64,000 bases of DNA from an uncultured Chloroflexia bacterium (GTDB lineage Bacteria > Chloroflexota > Anaerolineae > Anaerolineales > UBA4823): the NCBI GenBank assembly GCA_963726375.1, contig CAVSCE010000011.1, forward strand, positions 210,914 to 274,913, given 5' to 3'. Shown piece after piece: positions 60,541-64,000 of the stretch (the first letter of the stretch is position 1; every line of letters starts with the position of its first letter). The translations under genes were made by a program, and so were the position numbers. The notes beneath the pieces were generated by a model. That model was not told the DNA's origin. It saw nothing but the letters and a program-made list of their open reading frames with translations, and did no database searches.

Positions 60541-61425
60541 ATGGAGTTCCCTCGGCAGGATACCGTGATCTCCCATCTCATCGAATGGTCCGGGCAGCGT
60601 CTCGACGTGCGTGCCGCGATCCTGACCAGCTCACGCGCCGGCTCGGTCGCTCCCGTCGACCTGCTCTCCGATTACGACGTGATCTTCGCGGTGGAAGACG
60701 TTCACCCTTATTTCGATTCTCGGAAGTGGTTGGAGGATTTCGGCAGCGTCCTGGTGCTCTGGCGCGATCCGATCCGGCTGGAATACGGGCTGGAGCGCTT
60801 CGCCTATATCACCCAGTATGAGAGCGGCCTCAAGATCGACTTCACGTTGATGGCGAAGGGCATCCTGGCACAGGTCGCAAAAAAGGCAACCCTGCCGGAC
60901 GAGCTTGACGTCGGCTACCAGGTTCTGCTCGACAAAGACGGGCTGACCGCCGGGCTGAAACCGCCGACTCACCGGGCGCATATCCCCGCGCCGCCGACCG
61001 AACCCGAATACCTTTATCAGATCGAGACCTTTTTCCACGAGCTGACCTACGTCGCCAAATACCTGTGCCGGGACGAGCTGATGCCAGCCAGGGCGATCTT
61101 CGAAGAGGCGAAGGTCGACCACCTGCGGCGGTTGCTCGAATGGCGGATCGAGATCGAGTGCGGCTGGACGTTCAAGCCGGGCGTGTACGGGCGGTTCCTG
61201 AAATCAAAGCTGGATAACGAGACCTGGCAGGAGCTGGAAGCCACCTGCGCCGGCCCAGGGATTGAAGAAAGCTGGAATGCGCTCTTTGCGGCGGCGAGGC
61301 TTTTCCGGCGGATTGCAATTGAGGCGGGACAGGCGCTCAGTTATCCCTACCCTGACGAGATGGACAGACGGATGGCGGTTTACCTGTCGGAGATGAGGGC
61401 TTTAAGGCTGCCTGGGACTGAATAG
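60541..61425 (+). CDS. Aminoglycoside 6-nucleotidyltransferase, ANT(6)/AadK family
   Basis: ATG 60541 has AGGAG 9 nt upstream (the ORF track starts at GTG 60532). Has ..ILTSSRAG..SDYDVIF.., GLKIDFTL, VLLDKDG and the helical C-domain pattern of AadK-like enzymes. Confidence 0.75.
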   Translation: MEFPRQDTVISHLIEWSGQRLDVRAAILTSSRAGSVAPVDLLSDYDVIFAVEDVHPYFDSRKWLEDFGSVLVLWRDPIRLEYGLERFAYITQYESGLKIDFTLMAKGILAQVAKKATLPDELDVGYQVLLDKDGLTAGLKPPTHRAHIPAPPTEPEYLYQIETFFHELTYVAKYLCRDELMPARAIFEEAKVDHLRRLLEWRIEIECGWTFKPGVYGRFLKSKLDNETWQELEATCAGPGIEESWNALFAAARLFRRIAIEAGQALSYPYPDEMDRRMAVYLSEMRALRLPGTE

Positions 61426-61555
61426 ATTTCCCTTCCATAAATAGATATTAAAGATTATAATAGTCTTATATATGACTGCGAGGAAAGTCTTTTCCTGCGC
61501 CGATATCTTAAGACCGCCTGTCCCAACTGGCCCGACCATCCTGGGGAGTTCCGCT

Positions 61556-62860
61556 ATGAAATCTGTCCATCTTCGCCTGATCCTGGCCGCTCTGGCGCTT
61601 TTTGCGGCCTCAGCCGCCTGCATGTCCGCCAGCGGCGGCGAACCTGAAGCCGCATCGACGAGCGCTGCAGTTTCCGTCGCTTCGTTCGGTCCAACCCAAA
61701 CCGCAGAGCCGACGCCTCTCGCGACCGAACCGCCGGCCGCGACGTCCACACAGCCGCAGTCCAGCCCTCAGGCGCAGCCGACCGCCTCGGCGCTGGTAAC
61801 GCTCCCGCCGCCCGTCCCCGGCCCCAATTCACTGGACCTGGTCGGCCTCTCGAGCGAGCCGATTGTCCCCGATTTTCAGGAGAGCTATATCCAGGAGATG
61901 AGCTGGACCGACCCGGACGGCAGCCTCCAGCAGGCCGATATGGTTTATGACTTCAGCCAGCAGACCACCCCGCTGGATGCCTGGAGCCTGCTTTATGAAG
62001 ACAACAACCCCTTCCTGGCCTCCCGCTTCGAAACCGCCCGGATCGGTCCGCAAGGCTACTCGCTCAGCGCCGAAACCACCTGCCAGCTCGTCGATCCCGC
62101 CAGCCTGGCTGATCAACAGCCGCGCGATTCGTTTGATGACCTCTTTCAGGCTTTTACGGGCACAGCCGGCCTATCTGAAGCGGAGGTCGAGCTGGACAGC
62201 CAGGTCGTGGATGTCTACACTCTGGAGCCGGAGAATTTCCTGCCCGGGGCGGAGATCGTGATCACGGCTTCGGCTGCGAATGAGGAAGGGGAGTTCACCT
62301 CGAGCAGCACTTCGACGCTCCGGCTGGTTGAAGAAGGCACCGTGCTGGAGAGCGGCAGGCTCTATCTGGCGCGCCAGGGCGGCTACGTCAGGCAGGTCGA
62401 GCTGGTCTACAGCCGGACTGCCGATCAAAATGATGCGCCGTTCGCACAGCCGGGCAGTCGGATGGAGCGCAGCCTGGTCTATGCTTTCAAACCTGCCCTG
62501 GAAGCGGGCGCCCCCATCGCGCCTCCAGAAGGTTGCCCGGGTTCAGGCGATGATTCGCGGTCTGCCGAACCGACCGCCCCTTCAGGCGCGGAAACGGCTG
62601 AAGCCGGCTCGCTGCCGCGCATGGCAGATGCCTCGAACGTCCTCGACAGCGGCAATTCACTCACTTATGAGACAGCTTCAAGCGTGACCGAGGTGGTCGA
62701 ATTCTACAAGCAGGAGCTCGAAGCCCAGGGCTGGGCGTTGGACGATGAAATCTCATTGGGGACGCTTGCGACGCTCGAGTTCAGCCGCGATGGGGGGTCG
62801 CTCTCGCTGACTGCGATCGAATCGGGGGACGGGACGATGGTGACCATCGTCCTGGGTTGA
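61556..62860 (+). CDS. Secreted lipoprotein of unknown function
   Basis: MKSVHLRLILAALALFAASAAC is a lipobox, followed by a Pro/Thr/Ala/Ser-rich linker and a ~330-aa acidic domain. It lies within ORF 61472..62860. Confidence 0.6.
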   Translation: MKSVHLRLILAALALFAASAACMSASGGEPEAASTSAAVSVASFGPTQTAEPTPLATEPPAATSTQPQSSPQAQPTASALVTLPPPVPGPNSLDLVGLSSEPIVPDFQESYIQEMSWTDPDGSLQQADMVYDFSQQTTPLDAWSLLYEDNNPFLASRFETARIGPQGYSLSAETTCQLVDPASLADQQPRDSFDDLFQAFTGTAGLSEAEVELDSQVVDVYTLEPENFLPGAEIVITASAANEEGEFTSSSTSTLRLVEEGTVLESGRLYLARQGGYVRQVELVYSRTADQNDAPFAQPGSRMERSLVYAFKPALEAGAPIAPPEGCPGSGDDSRSAEPTAPSGAETAEAGSLPRMADASNVLDSGNSLTYETASSVTEVVEFYKQELEAQGWALDDEISLGTLATLEFSRDGGSLSLTAIESGDGTMVTIVLG

Positions 62861-62880
62861 GAGGCTCGTTCGTGAAGCCG

Positions 62881-64000
62881 CTAGAGCAAACCTGCGAAAC
62901 CGGCCGCCAGCAGGCTGATCATTAAAACCAGTACAGCCGCGTAGCCTGCCAGCCGGCGCAGCACCTCGCCTTCGCGCCCGACCATCCCCGCGGTGCTGCA
63001 GCCTACCACAACTTTTGCCGGCGCGGCGATCGAAGCCAGCGCCGCCCCGGCGGTCTGGGCGGCGAGGATGACCGCCTCTGGCTGACCAAGCAGCCGGGCG
63101 GTTTGCAGCTGCAGCGCCCCAAAGACGACGTTCGAATTGGTGTTGCTGCCGGTAATGAACGCGCCGATCGCGCCGATCCAGGGCGCAGCCAGTGGGAAGA
63201 ACGCCCCGAATCCACCTGCCAGGCCCTGGGCGAGGGTGTAGGTCATCCCGGCATGCTCCATCACCAGCGCCAGACTGATCATCGAGACGATGCTGACGCT
63301 CGACGGCAGCACCCGTTGCAGCGTGCCGTCCAGGATACGCCCGATTGCGCCGGGTTGGTAGCACCCAAACCGTCGATAAATGAGATATGCCAGGATCGAA
63401 GAATACAGCAGCAGGCTTCCTGTGTGGGCGATCAAATTGATCTCGCGGCCCATCCCGGCCGGAGTGATGAAACCGAGCAGGCTGCGCGTCTCCGGAAACG
63501 GCACCTGGAGGATCACCGGGCTGAGCGCCTGCTTGACCGGCGGGATCAGCTGGACGATCAGCGTGACCAGGATCAGGATGGCATAACCTGAAATCGCGAT
63601 CAAAAACTTGGGGCTGCCCAGGCTGAAACCAGGTCCCGCCCCCGTTTCCAATGGAGCTTTCTGCCGGCCTCGGCTGCGCACGACCAGCGGCGTGATCAGC
63701 ATGCCAACCAGCGCGCTCAGGAAGGTCGCGATGTTCCAACCCCCCAGGCTTACGATCCAGAACTGGACTGCGCCCATTACGATCCCCCAGATCATGACGG
63801 GAATGAACATCCTCCGCACGCCTGGCATGCCTTCCATCGAATGCGCTGCCATCAACCCGATCAGCGGGCAGGTCAGGCTTAAGAACAGGGCGGCCAGGGG
63901 TCCGAGAATTTCATGCGGCAGCCCGGTTGCAGCCATCAGCGCCTGGAAAGACGAGCCCATCGAGCCGAACGTCACCCCCCAGCCGTGCCCGATCGATGGG
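62881..64000 (-). CDS. lctP: L-lactate/glycolate permease (LctP family); N-terminus beyond the window end
   Basis: The frame stays open to position 64000 (..PSIGHGWGVTFGSMGSSFQAL..). Has ..FITGSNTNSNVVFG.. and ..AAQTAGAA... It is polytopic. Confidence 0.85.
   Translation of the reverse strand, partial: PSIGHGWGVTFGSMGSSFQALMAATGLPHEILGPLAALFLSLTCPLIGLMAAHSMEGMPGVRRMFIPVMIWGIVMGAVQFWIVSLGGWNIATFLSALVGMLITPLVVRSRGRQKAPLETGAGPGFSLGSPKFLIAISGYAILILVTLIVQLIPPVKQALSPVILQVPFPETRSLLGFITPAGMGREINLIAHTGSLLLYSSILAYLIYRRFGCYQPGAIGRILDGTLQRVLPSSVSIVSMISLALVMEHAGMTYTLAQGLAGGFGAFFPLAAPWIGAIGAFITGSNTNSNVVFGALQLQTARLLGQPEAVILAAQTAGAALASIAAPAKVVVGCSTAGMVGREGEVLRRLAGYAAVLVLMISLLAAGFAGLL

Overview
High-GC (~58-60%) bacterial chromosomal window; the taxon cannot be set from sequence alone (my guess is Chloroflexota-like, unverified). 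I call about 55 genes. Main blocks: (1) 1-3.1 kb: GH13 hydrolase, PfkA and a CcrM-like orphan methyltransferase. (2) 3.3-21.9 kb: a large two-armed sugar/polyol cluster with a SorC regulator, two DhaK/DhaL kinase pairs, an aldolase-like::SDR fusion, two class-I (FbaB/LsrF-type) aldolases, a CUT1 ABC importer with two different MalK-like ATPases, a coupled RpiB+TIM-like pair, a Zn-ADH and a PFP-type phosphofructokinase. I read this as a tetritol/tetrose-phosphate route, which is my best candidate for an undescribed system. (3) 22-33 kb: URO-D-family protein, GH94 phosphorylase, GNAT, PhzF, a truncated PD40-repeat protein beside a decayed IS remnant, and an amidohydrolase. (4) 33.3-41.9 kb: kdpFABC-kdpDE with extra small membrane ORFs. 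(5) 42-47 kb: tRNA-Val, a tandem creatininase-fold protein, a PH/SHOCT protein, an MFS transporter and a YprB-like nuclease. (6) 47.2-52.7 kb: one giant (~1,850 aa) secreted multidomain protein. (7) 52.7-64 kb: MacAB-like efflux system, a divergent PFK paralogue, GNAT, ICMT, ANT(6), a lipoprotein and a partial lactate permease. Caveat: about 24 single-nucleotide frameshifts split otherwise well-conserved genes. This is more likely indel error in the assembly than true pseudogenisation. No rRNA or CRISPR was seen, and no intact mobile element.
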